In this document: one piece after another, positions 19,193 through 27,825 of the stretch | Layout: the number at the start of each line of letters is the position of its first letter | How positions within the stretch are numbered: position 1 is the first letter of the stretch | DNA from: Candidatus Bathyarchaeia archaeon | Lineage (GTDB): Archaea > Thermoproteota > Bathyarchaeia > Bathyarchaeales > Bathycorpusculaceae | DNA: 50,359 nt | NCBI GenBank assembly: GCA_049512075.1 | Contig: JBEKXL010000016.1 | Span: 1 to 50,359, forward strand | Reading direction: 5' to 3' | The notes under the pieces: model-generated | What the model saw: only the letters and a program-made list of their open reading frames with translations | What the model was told of the DNA's origin: nothing | Databases searched by the model: none | Program-made: the position numbers and the translations under genes

Positions 19193-20097
19193 ACGGAACA
19201 AACGATATTCCAGAATTCCCCGAGTTCCGAAAACTAACATTTGAAGACAAAGCTCTTCTTGAGGCACTCTTCAAGGAGATGCAACCGCAGATTTCTGAGC
19301 TCACCTTCACAAACCTCTACGTGTGGAACGAGGCAGAACCAGTACAACTCTCACGACATAACAAAACAGCCTTGATACAACGCAGGAGAATACGCGACGG
19401 AAAGAACGTGCTCTTGCCCCCACTGACAAATGAACCAATCCCCACAGTGCAGGAAGACTTGAGGAAGGCAGCAGTTGCGAATCACTCCGAGATATTGCTT
19501 TATGGTATAGATTCGAAGCAGGCAGGGCAGCTCAGCGCGCGATATCGAGTTGAGCCGGACAGGGATAACTGGGACTACGTGTACCTCTCATCCGACCTAG
19601 CCGATCTTCCGGGCGATAAGTACCATTCCAAACGCAACTTCATAACCCGCTGCCTCGCTGACCACAAGTGCGAATACGCCAAGCTTGACGCCTCAGTCGT
19701 AAACGACTGCCTCCAACTTCAAACAGAATGGTGCAACCTCCGCCAATGCGGCTCCGTGCCAAGCTTGGAAGCGGAAAACAAAGCAATCAAAACAATCTTT
19801 GACAAATACCCACAGCTAGCCGTGTTCGGCGGCGCAGTCTACGTAGACGGCAAACTCGAAGCCTTCACCCTCGCAGAATCGCTCAACAACGACACAGCAG
19901 TCATACATTTCGAAAAAGCCAACCCCCAAATCACAGGCCTGTACCAACTCATCAACCAATGGCTCTGCCAAAACACACTTAGAACCTTCACATATGTCAA
20001 CCGCGAACAAGACCTCGGAATACCGGGCCTGAGAAAAGCAAAACTTAGCTATCATCCCCACCACATGATAGAAAAATACAGTGTAACCGTAACCTAA
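19189..20097 (+). CDS. DUF2156 protein (MprF C-terminal-like aminoacyltransferase fold)
   Basis: SELTFTNLYVW, DRDNWDYVY..DL..L.G.KYHSKRN, HFEKA, GLYQ.IN, YVNREQDLGIPGLRKAKLSYHP. Confidence 0.88.
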   Translation: MNGTNDIPEFPEFRKLTFEDKALLEALFKEMQPQISELTFTNLYVWNEAEPVQLSRHNKTALIQRRRIRDGKNVLLPPLTNEPIPTVQEDLRKAAVANHSEILLYGIDSKQAGQLSARYRVEPDRDNWDYVYLSSDLADLPGDKYHSKRNFITRCLADHKCEYAKLDASVVNDCLQLQTEWCNLRQCGSVPSLEAENKAIKTIFDKYPQLAVFGGAVYVDGKLEAFTLAESLNNDTAVIHFEKANPQITGLYQLINQWLCQNTLRTFTYVNREQDLGIPGLRKAKLSYHPHHMIEKYSVTVT

Positions 20098-20290
20098 CGC
20101 CGCGCTATATAAAAAAACGGAGAAGGCTGCCCTCAGCCTCATGCGCGCAAGTACGTCAGGAAGCAAGCGGCCGCTCATAGACAGCGCGTGTCAAGCTCAC
20201 AAACCATTCCTTCGCGGCATTTAGGCATTTTCGACCCAATGCTACACCAAAGTAGACTGCTCCAAGTGTGCGAAAACAGTCTTCCACGGC

Positions 20291-23200
20291 TCATGGAAGA
20301 CTTAACATTGATCCTTCGGTGGAGCGGCCGTGTTGCATCTGTATTTTCGAGTTCACGTTGTTGCTGCTGTTCGTTCGGGCAATTCTCTTCTTGCCGTTGC
20401 TCGGCCTGGACTTCTTCCCAGAGCTCATGAGTATAAACAGCGTGAGGATTAACCCTATCACGACTATCACGACGATGACGACCGCCCACGCAGCGTAAGC
20501 CCCAGCGGTCTGTGCCTGAGCTGACTGGACAGGCTGAGCGGGACCACTTGCCACAGTGACATTCTGACTCGTCGTCGCTGGCAGCCATGCTTGCCACCAT
20601 GGTATATCCCCCCACATGATATTCATCGGACCTACGCCATCTTTGATCTTAGTCAGGTGGTGCACGTTATCCTCTAGGCGCGAAATCTGAAAAGTTCTCA
20701 CTCTTGAAGTCTGGTCGCGGAAATCTCCTCGCCACATCTCCTTGCCGTCAGACGACCAAGCCAGGGCATAATCCTGCGTTCCATCACTCACGTAAAGGCT
20801 GCCGTTTTCTCCTCTGAACAGCGTGTTTTCGAACTCGTAGACAGCTATGTACCAGACGTATTCCGTTTGATTTACGGGCGCTTGTGAACTGGAAACTCCT
20901 CCCGCGATTATTTTTATCTCGTCCCAGACGACGCCGATGCTGTTGCTCTCAGAGGCATTCAGCCCGTACCGGAGATCAATTATTGAAGAAGCGCTTATCC
21001 ACGCCTTGTCTACGTGATCGCGTGTGACACTGTCGTTCAATATGACACTGCCCAGGAACGGTGTCCCGTCAAGCTCATAATAGCTACTGTTCCACGATAT
21101 GTTGGCCGCCGAGCCAACATCCACATAGTTGTCGTTACCCATGGAAAGAACAACTTTAACGCGATCCCAAGCAATCGTCACATTTGGCACAGTCTGAGCA
21201 AAGGATGTTACAAAGTTAAACTTCACGCCAACGACCGTGAACGTCGTTATTGCAGGTTTTGAACTGTTGACAACGAATCTCGCCCAACCGTTCGTGTCCA
21301 CTGGCTGATAAGTGCTGCTGGCGTTGATTCTTATCGAGCCGCCAACGGCGCTTGAGCCATTGATAGCCCACTCTGCGTGGAAAGCGACAACCTGCGGTGC
21401 GCTCACGTCAACGCGATTCGGCCATTGGGCGGTAGCCGAAGAGTTGTCGATTATTATGGTCACCACCGCGAAGGTTATTATAACAGCCCACTGAGGCACT
21501 GTTCCACTGGAATTTACTGCCATCTCTGCAATGTAAAGACCGGGATCTGTGCATTTGTGCGTGTCAATGTTCACGATTACATGTATCGTTTGGCCTCCAG
21601 GCAGGACTCCGCCAACAGGGTTTATGGAGGTTAACCAAGGTCCATCTTTGATCCGGGTCAGGTTCCAAACGAGGGGCTCTTCGGTAGCAGCGCTGAGGTT
21701 CGTTACGTTGAAGCTAACGCTGAAAGTCTGGTCTCCCGAAACAGCACCCTGGTCGATGCTACAAGGGTCGAAAGGAATCGGATTGGCAGCATTTACGAGC
21801 ATTTGAGGAAGTTCCTTCACGTAAGTAGAATTGGAGCTTGGCCCAGCCTGGATTCCCGCGTAGTCAATCGCAGTTACGTTAAACACCAACGTCGTGTTTC
21901 CCGGCTGCCTAGGAATAGTCGCCGTGTAGTTGCCGTTGACGCTGTTAACATAGGTCATTTGAGCTGTCCACCAGGTGCTGTTGTTCACTGGATAGGACGC
22001 GAAAACCTCATAGACCCCGCTAGCATTCACATCTTCGGCAACGGTTGCGTACACAATGACCAGTTGGCTCTCGTTCACGTCAACTGGAAAATACAACGTG
22101 TTGATGATTTTTGGCGGAGTCATGTCATCGACTAAGTACGGGAATGGGATGGGGTAGCTAGTTGTGTTAAGCCAGCTAGCTCCATTAGCAAGGACAGAAA
22201 CAGTATATCTGACCGTCGTGTTGTAAGCCGCGCGCGGTATAGTAAACGTTACAGTGCTACCAGATGCTTTGCCCGTGATCTGTCCATGAATAGTTCCGCT
22301 TGCATTCGTATAGTCCACGTAGAGGCTTGCATTGACAATCGTGACGAACTTCAAGGTTGTTGCCGTCACGGTGACATCATTTTTGTATTCCACGCTTTTG
22401 TCGAACACCTGCGAGATGACGTTACCGTGGATGAGTGACGGGCTCTGACTCACATTCTGTATGAGAAACAAAGGATAATGGTCAACGCCGCTTTGGCTTA
22501 TCATGTACGGTTGGTCGCAGATGCCGTCTGGGAAAGGCCATGTAGCTTGGGAAAGACCAGAGTTGGAACCTTGGTCCTGGTGAGGACCCGAGCGGACATC
22601 TGTGCAGTTTGCAAAATTACTCCAATAGTTTCCTCCTCCCGTTTTGTTCGCAGGCGCGTAGGGGTAACCATCATCCCACATGTTCGTCAGTCCATCGTCT
22701 AACGCCTGCTGACTGTTACTCACGAACCGATTCCCGTATATCAGGCTGTTAGCAGCATTCTGTCCGCACTGCAGGCCCACAGTGTTACGTATTATGGTGT
22801 TGTTGTTCACGAAGTTTCCTTGGCCTGAAATGACATTGACGCCAATCTGGTTTGCCTGAATAACGTTATCTGTTATGGTTGAGTTGGAACCTGCAACTCG
22901 GATTCCGTCGCCAAGCCCGGAAACTATCAGGTTATCTGTAACGGTATTGCCCAAGCCGGTCACGCTGACCTGTGCCCCGTTTATCGCTGAGTTCCTAATC
23001 GTGAAGCCGTACACTGTTACGTTAGAGCAGCCCATCAAAGAGATTCTAAAGGGCATTGTGGTCTGAAACTTCCCGTCGACGATCGTGGTGCTTACGTCTT
23101 GTCCGACAAGCCAAATGCCGCTCTTCTCCGGCCCTATCGTAACACTGTCAAAGTAGATTCTCGGCGTCACGTACACGACATCCCCGGGGCTTGCCGCGTC

Positions 23201-23983
23201 AATAGCTGCCTGTATCGTTGGGAAATCAGTTGGAACAATTATGACCCCTCTTCCTTCTATGTCGTCTATGTACCCTATGGGTAACAGGGAACCAGGCGGA
23301 CTGGGCGGAGAATACTCGGTGATCGTCATTCTCTGAACCTGGCTGCAGGATCCGTTGAACGCTGCTCCCGCAACGTCAAGATGATCATCGATGTGAATGT
23401 CATAGGTGTTGAACGGTACGTTCATGACAAACTTGATTCGATACCACACATTAGAAACGTAGGAAGACAGTGTGACAAGCCCGCTGTGCCCGTCAAAGTA
23501 CTGGATTGCACCGTCTTTGAAGATTATGTTGGAACCGTCGAAGCTTCCATCGTCAACGCTGACTTCGAGGCCCGTGTGGTTACCGGTGTTGTAGGGCATG
23601 GTTACCGAGAAACTGAAGACGATCGTGCCATTTTGTTGGGTGAAATAACGGAAGGCGGTCACCGCGTCTGTGGTTGAGTTGTCAACGAACTTCGCAGAAT
23701 TGCCGCCCGGAACAGCAAAGTCCGTGGTGCTGTCGACAGTGAAACTTCCGACGGACGCTGGATTCACAACCCAAGCATTGGGAACACCACCCGCCGTTTC
23801 ATTATCAAAATTCTGCAGGAAAAATGTCCTACTTATTGGCGGTACCGCTGCCAACCCCGCCGGTCCACCCAGAAGACCGAAGCCGAGTACACGTGCCAAA
23901 ACCGCGTTAGAAGCCACCATGATAATGGCTACTAAAACTAGACTAATGAATACACGAGATGCAGATTTCCTTCTCATTTCCAT
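20291..23983 (-). CDS. Large membrane-anchored surface protein with a NosD/pectin-lyase-like right-handed beta-helix
   Basis: Signal peptide; VPTDFPTIQAAIDAASPGD, N-rich coil repeats, GGGNYWS, DHYPL; several beta-rich domains; C-terminal TM and basic tail. Confidence 0.85.
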   Translation of the reverse strand: MEMRRKSASRVFISLVLVAIIMVASNAVLARVLGFGLLGGPAGLAAVPPISRTFFLQNFDNETAGGVPNAWVVNPASVGSFTVDSTTDFAVPGGNSAKFVDNSTTDAVTAFRYFTQQNGTIVFSFSVTMPYNTGNHTGLEVSVDDGSFDGSNIIFKDGAIQYFDGHSGLVTLSSYVSNVWYRIKFVMNVPFNTYDIHIDDHLDVAGAAFNGSCSQVQRMTITEYSPPSPPGSLLPIGYIDDIEGRGVIIVPTDFPTIQAAIDAASPGDVVYVTPRIYFDSVTIGPEKSGIWLVGQDVSTTIVDGKFQTTMPFRISLMGCSNVTVYGFTIRNSAINGAQVSVTGLGNTVTDNLIVSGLGDGIRVAGSNSTITDNVIQANQIGVNVISGQGNFVNNNTIIRNTVGLQCGQNAANSLIYGNRFVSNSQQALDDGLTNMWDDGYPYAPANKTGGGNYWSNFANCTDVRSGPHQDQGSNSGLSQATWPFPDGICDQPYMISQSGVDHYPLFLIQNVSQSPSLIHGNVISQVFDKSVEYKNDVTVTATTLKFVTIVNASLYVDYTNASGTIHGQITGKASGSTVTFTIPRAAYNTTVRYTVSVLANGASWLNTTSYPIPFPYLVDDMTPPKIINTLYFPVDVNESQLVIVYATVAEDVNASGVYEVFASYPVNNSTWWTAQMTYVNSVNGNYTATIPRQPGNTTLVFNVTAIDYAGIQAGPSSNSTYVKELPQMLVNAANPIPFDPCSIDQGAVSGDQTFSVSFNVTNLSAATEEPLVWNLTRIKDGPWLTSINPVGGVLPGGQTIHVIVNIDTHKCTDPGLYIAEMAVNSSGTVPQWAVIITFAVVTIIIDNSSATAQWPNRVDVSAPQVVAFHAEWAINGSSAVGGSIRINASSTYQPVDTNGWARFVVNSSKPAITTFTVVGVKFNFVTSFAQTVPNVTIAWDRVKVVLSMGNDNYVDVGSAANISWNSSYYELDGTPFLGSVILNDSVTRDHVDKAWISASSIIDLRYGLNASESNSIGVVWDEIKIIAGGVSSSQAPVNQTEYVWYIAVYEFENTLFRGENGSLYVSDGTQDYALAWSSDGKEMWRGDFRDQTSRVRTFQISRLEDNVHHLTKIKDGVGPMNIMWGDIPWWQAWLPATTSQNVTVASGPAQPVQSAQAQTAGAYAAWAVVIVVIVVIGLILTLFILMSSGKKSRPSNGKKRIARTNSSNNVNSKIQMQHGRSTEGSMLSLP

Positions 23984-24031
23984 CTTTCTGTACTCTTAAG
24001 GTGGTACTATTTGGATAGATAACACTTGTGA

Positions 24032-24053
24032 AACTTTTTTCTAGATAAAAGTT
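24032..24053. promoter_or_regulatory. 22-bp near-perfect palindrome upstream of the surface-protein gene
   Basis: AACTTTTTTCTAGATAAAAGTT has one mismatch and lies about 50 bp upstream of the start at 23983. Confidence 0.45.
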
Positions 24054-24147
24054 CTCGTCCCCCGACGTTCACAGACGGGACTCTTAGACTCCAGTTGCAT
24101 ATGTCTGTGCTCGGCTATGCCTAGTGCGAACAGAGCGTGTCTCTGTT

Positions 24148-25122
24148 TTAGTATCCGACGGTCTTGTCCACGACGTTGATTAGAGGTTGCTTGTTGATGA
24201 ATCGGCTCAGGTTTTCTTGGAATATGCTCGTTAATCGTTCCATGTAATATGGTGTTAAACCGGCAACGTGGGGGGTGATTATCACGTTTCTGAAGCCCCA
24301 GAGCTCGCTTCTCTCAGGCAGAGGTTCGTTCTCAAACGTGTCCAAGCCTGCCCCCGCAATCCACCCCTGTTTCAGCGCTTCGATGAGCTTGTCTTCCTGA
24401 ACGATTTTTCCTCTGCTCACGTTGATGAGGTAGCCGGTTCGTTTCATGCTCTTGAACTGTGCTTCCCCGATCATTCCCTCCGTCTCTTTGGTGAGCGGCA
24501 ACGAGAGAACAACGAAGTCTGATTTGGCGAGTAGCTGGTTCAAATCATCCGGATGCAAGAGCTGATCAACACTGGTTGACGCCGTGTGAGAAGGATCTCG
24601 TTTTGTCGCGATAACCCTCATTCCGAGGCATTTCGCTTTCTGCGCTATTTCTGTTCCGATTCTACCCAGCCCCACTATTCCCACGGTTTTACCCGACAAC
24701 TCTTCAACCTGCTCTGCGGATGCCCATGATTCGAACCTTTCCCATTTTCTCTCCACTTGATTCTTGATGAAGAGGTGCAGTTTTCGGCACAGGCACAGCA
24801 TCAATCCTATGACGTGCTCCGAAATCGGCGTAGGATGAACTCCTCCGGCGTTCGTCACTACGACCCGACTCTTCACCACTTCCGGAAGAAGGAGTCCGTC
24901 AACCCCGGCACCCCACGCCTGGATCCATTTCAGTTTCCTCGCTCCAAGGAACAGCTCTTTCGAGAAGAAACCTGCAAACAGGATGTTCGCATCCTCGATT
25001 AGACGCAGAGCCTCTTCCTTGCCTTCACTCTGCACAACCTCAAGGTTCGGCGAAACGCTCCTAATCTTCTCTACAAAGACGTTTGGCAAATCGAAAGAAA
25101 CCAAAACCTTCATCTTTTTCAT
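24148..25122 (-). CDS. D-2-hydroxyacid dehydrogenase
   Basis: AGVD, VGIVGLGRIG, LPLT.ET, INVSRG, AGLD.FE.EP, ITPHVAG. Start placed at ATG 25122. Confidence 0.92.
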   Translation of the reverse strand: MKKMKVLVSFDLPNVFVEKIRSVSPNLEVVQSEGKEEALRLIEDANILFAGFFSKELFLGARKLKWIQAWGAGVDGLLLPEVVKSRVVVTNAGGVHPTPISEHVIGLMLCLCRKLHLFIKNQVERKWERFESWASAEQVEELSGKTVGIVGLGRIGTEIAQKAKCLGMRVIATKRDPSHTASTSVDQLLHPDDLNQLLAKSDFVVLSLPLTKETEGMIGEAQFKSMKRTGYLINVSRGKIVQEDKLIEALKQGWIAGAGLDTFENEPLPERSELWGFRNVIITPHVAGLTPYYMERLTSIFQENLSRFINKQPLINVVDKTVGY

Positions 25123-25316
25123 CCCTGCCCTCTCCCCAGAGCCTATCCGCACACACGTTCTGTCAAACATGGACTGCGCGACGCTATTTAAACGTTGCAA
25201 ACCCCAAAAAGCTTCCCGCATCTTCGCCACCGTTCTTTTGCGTCATGAATGCGCATCGTTAGTTGATCCAAAAAGGAGGATTATTGTCGCGCTCGGGAGA
25301 TTTTAAGAGTTATCTG

Positions 25317-26111
25317 CTAGCCTACGTAGTTCACTGTGAAGGAGGATCCATTAGAAGCAAGCGGCGAAACACTCGCCAGCTCTGTGTTTTGATTATACAT
25401 CGTGACTTGGATAGAGGGAAGACTGCTGATAGTTACGACCTTGCCGCCCACTGTTGCTGCGCAACCTGTGAATGTTAATTCGGAAAAGTCAGCTAGATTT
25501 CTCAAAACATTGTTCACTCTCGGTCGCTCCACAATCCACTCAGCAGAGAGCATCGACGAAACGTAAACGAAACTGTTTTGGAACGACTGTTCACCCGTGG
25601 CACCAGTGAAGTCATGGATTTCTATCAGCCATGTGTTCGCGGTCGGGTCTGAAAGTGATATTGAAGCCGTGATTCGGTCTCCTGCCGATACGCTCAGTGA
25701 AGCTATCGTCACTTCATCGTTGGGCAACAGCTCATACCACGCTGAGTAGGTTCCGACTCCGTTTATTGAGTCCTGTTCTGTTCCCGTCTGGATCAGCGTA
25801 CCGTCGAATTGGCCACCGACACCAATCCACGTCGCACTGAAAGAAGCTCTTATTGTAACGCCGACCTGGGGAACTGTCCAAGAGGCTTCGATCCTTGTGA
25901 CTAACGGTTGAGGGTTGTTCAAGTCTGTGGCGACAACATAACCCGACCAGTCGGAACTGGTCAAGCGTCGATTCGCCGAGCCTGTTAGAAGCGGAAAGAA
26001 AAGAATCAGGGCGAGGATGAGCAAAGAGTCCAGCAAGATAATCAGGAGAATTGTGAAGATTCTCCCCTTCCTCATAGGAGGCTTTTCAGGGGGTTCATAC
26101 AGCATGTTCAT
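25317..26111 (-). CDS. G1 family glutamic peptidase (eqolisin-like), N-terminally anchored
   Basis: SSDWSGY, WIGVGG, LIQTGTEQD (catalytic Gln), AWYE, SAEWIVERP (catalytic Glu). Confidence 0.88.
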   Translation of the reverse strand: MNMLYEPPEKPPMRKGRIFTILLIILLDSLLILALILFFPLLTGSANRRLTSSDWSGYVVATDLNNPQPLVTRIEASWTVPQVGVTIRASFSATWIGVGGQFDGTLIQTGTEQDSINGVGTYSAWYELLPNDEVTIASLSVSAGDRITASISLSDPTANTWLIEIHDFTGATGEQSFQNSFVYVSSMLSAEWIVERPRVNNVLRNLADFSELTFTGCAATVGGKVVTISSLPSIQVTMYNQNTELASVSPLASNGSSFTVNYVG

Positions 26112-26229
26112 TCGCTTCTCTCGACCTGCTATTTTGACATCTTGCTATACCAAAACACTTGTGGCTATTGTGCAACAATAATAATATACTTAATCCTAAG
26201 GAAGTATACGGGCTTGCTAATCGTCTGCA

Positions 26230-26571
26230 TCAGGAGCGTATCATCGTCAAGATCATCTTAAACTTTTTCACCGCTCTGAGCGTGTGTGGTTTTTTGGCGG
26301 GAATTACAATCATTTCCCCTTCTTCCACGCGTGTGGCTTTGCCTGAGATAACGATCTCTGCTTCTCCATCAAGGAGATATATCAAGGCATCATAGGGCGC
26401 CGTGTGTTCGCTCAGACCCTGTCCTTCGTCAAAAGCGAAAAAGGTCACGGTTCCAGCTTTTCTGTCGATTATCGTTCGGCTCACCACGGAGTCTTCTTGA
26501 TAGTCTGCCAAATCAACTAACTTTGCAACTTGCGCTCCTGCAACACTCTTCTGTTCTTTGTTCCCGTTCAT
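26230..26571 (-). CDS. Cupin domain protein
   Basis: FAFDEGQGLSEHTAP...IPAKKPH.L.A. Confidence 0.88.
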   Translation of the reverse strand: MNGNKEQKSVAGAQVAKLVDLADYQEDSVVSRTIIDRKAGTVTFFAFDEGQGLSEHTAPYDALIYLLDGEAEIVISGKATRVEEGEMIVIPAKKPHTLRAVKKFKMILTMIRS

Positions 26572-26721
26572 TCCTATCCCTGCACTGGATGATTCAGCTC
26601 AACTTGTTTTCGTTTATATGTTTTCTGCTTCCTGGCAATCGTGGCACTGGTCTTGCCTGTCCAGAGACTGTGCTGGTCTCGTTGTCAAGCTTAAAATATT
26701 TACAGTGACAATGGTGCGTGC

Positions 26722-27732
26722 ATGAAAATCCAACTTGTGGGCTTGGGCCATGTGGGACAAAGCCTTATCGAGCTTATCGACGAGAAGAAGGAACTGTTGA
26801 AGGCGCTAGGGCTGGATCTGCGCATAGTTTCTGTTTCCGATTCAAGAGGAACGGCCTCGGATGAGAGAGGACTCAGTCCGACGGAAATTCTCATGTACAA
26901 AACGCGAGGATGGAAGGGCTTCCGCGAGTACGTGGAGGGTTTCGGCGCGTTAGAGGCTGTGAGAAAGATCGAATGCGACGTGACGGTAGAGTTGACGCCG
27001 TCGACGCTGAATGGTGAACCTGGGCTCTCGAACATCAAGGCTGCGTTGGCTGCGAAGAAGAGTGTTGTCACGGCGAACAAGGGTCCGCTGGTCGTTGCCT
27101 ACCGCGAACTCGTAAGGACAGCCAAGAAAAACAGCGTCAGACTGTTCTATGAAGCTACGGTTGGCGCGCATGTTCCGGTGTTCTGTATGGTTGAATCGTG
27201 CTTCAAAGCGGACGAGCTTCAGAGTGTCAGGGGCATACTCAACGCTACGACAAACTTTGTGATCGGAGAGATGCAAAAGGGCAAGAATTTTCAAGATGCC
27301 ATAGACGAAGCGGTGAAGGCAGGATGGGCTGAAACAAACTATTCTGACGATGTTGACGGAATAGACTCGGCTAGAAAGCTGGTGATTATTGCTAACGCGC
27401 TCTTCGGGGAGAACGCGTCGCTCAAGGACGTGAAGATTGAGGGAATCAGACATGTCGAAACGCTGGTGAAGGCGGCTCGCAGAGAGAACAGAAAAGTCAA
27501 ACTCATCTGCGAGATCGCCAGGAACAAAGGCAAACTGGAGATGACCGTTTCGCCGAAAATGATCCGCCCAGACGACGCTTTGGCAACTGTTAACGAGGGA
27601 AACATGGCCATAAAATACACCTTCAAAACCTCGAAAGAAATCTTCGTCTCAGCCCAGTTCCTGGGCCCTAAACAAACAGCCTACGCGGTGCTGAACGATA
27701 TAGTGAGAGCAAACGCAAAATCCAGTTGTTGA
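26722..27732 (+). CDS. hom: Homoserine dehydrogenase
   Basis: GLGHVG, VVTANKGP, YEATVGAHVP, GILNATTNF, DVDGIDSARKL. Confidence 0.88.
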   Translation: MKIQLVGLGHVGQSLIELIDEKKELLKALGLDLRIVSVSDSRGTASDERGLSPTEILMYKTRGWKGFREYVEGFGALEAVRKIECDVTVELTPSTLNGEPGLSNIKAALAAKKSVVTANKGPLVVAYRELVRTAKKNSVRLFYEATVGAHVPVFCMVESCFKADELQSVRGILNATTNFVIGEMQKGKNFQDAIDEAVKAGWAETNYSDDVDGIDSARKLVIIANALFGENASLKDVKIEGIRHVETLVKAARRENRKVKLICEIARNKGKLEMTVSPKMIRPDDALATVNEGNMAIKYTFKTSKEIFVSAQFLGPKQTAYAVLNDIVRANAKSSC

Positions 27733-27812
27733 AATCTTACGCTATTGCGCGCACTGCCCATCTTCTGACCCTAAGAGGTCGATGTCTGAGTGCGCGGATG
27801 AGCGGAAACCCA

Positions 27813-27825
27813 TAGCGCGCGCTTT
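27813..27825. repeat. Dispersed (GC)n motif copy TAGCGCGCGCTTT, identical to 47155-47167
   Basis: Identical 13-mer with palindromic core AGCGCGCGCT; this copy abuts the kinase stop codon. Confidence 0.7.

Noticed and set aside
27747-27822. (GC)n tracts as Z-DNA elements or intrinsic terminators
   Set aside because: Tracts of 6-10 bp are short for stable Z-DNA, and they also occur between divergent genes (5033, 36115) where a terminator is not needed. Not excluded, but a poorer fit than a junction motif.
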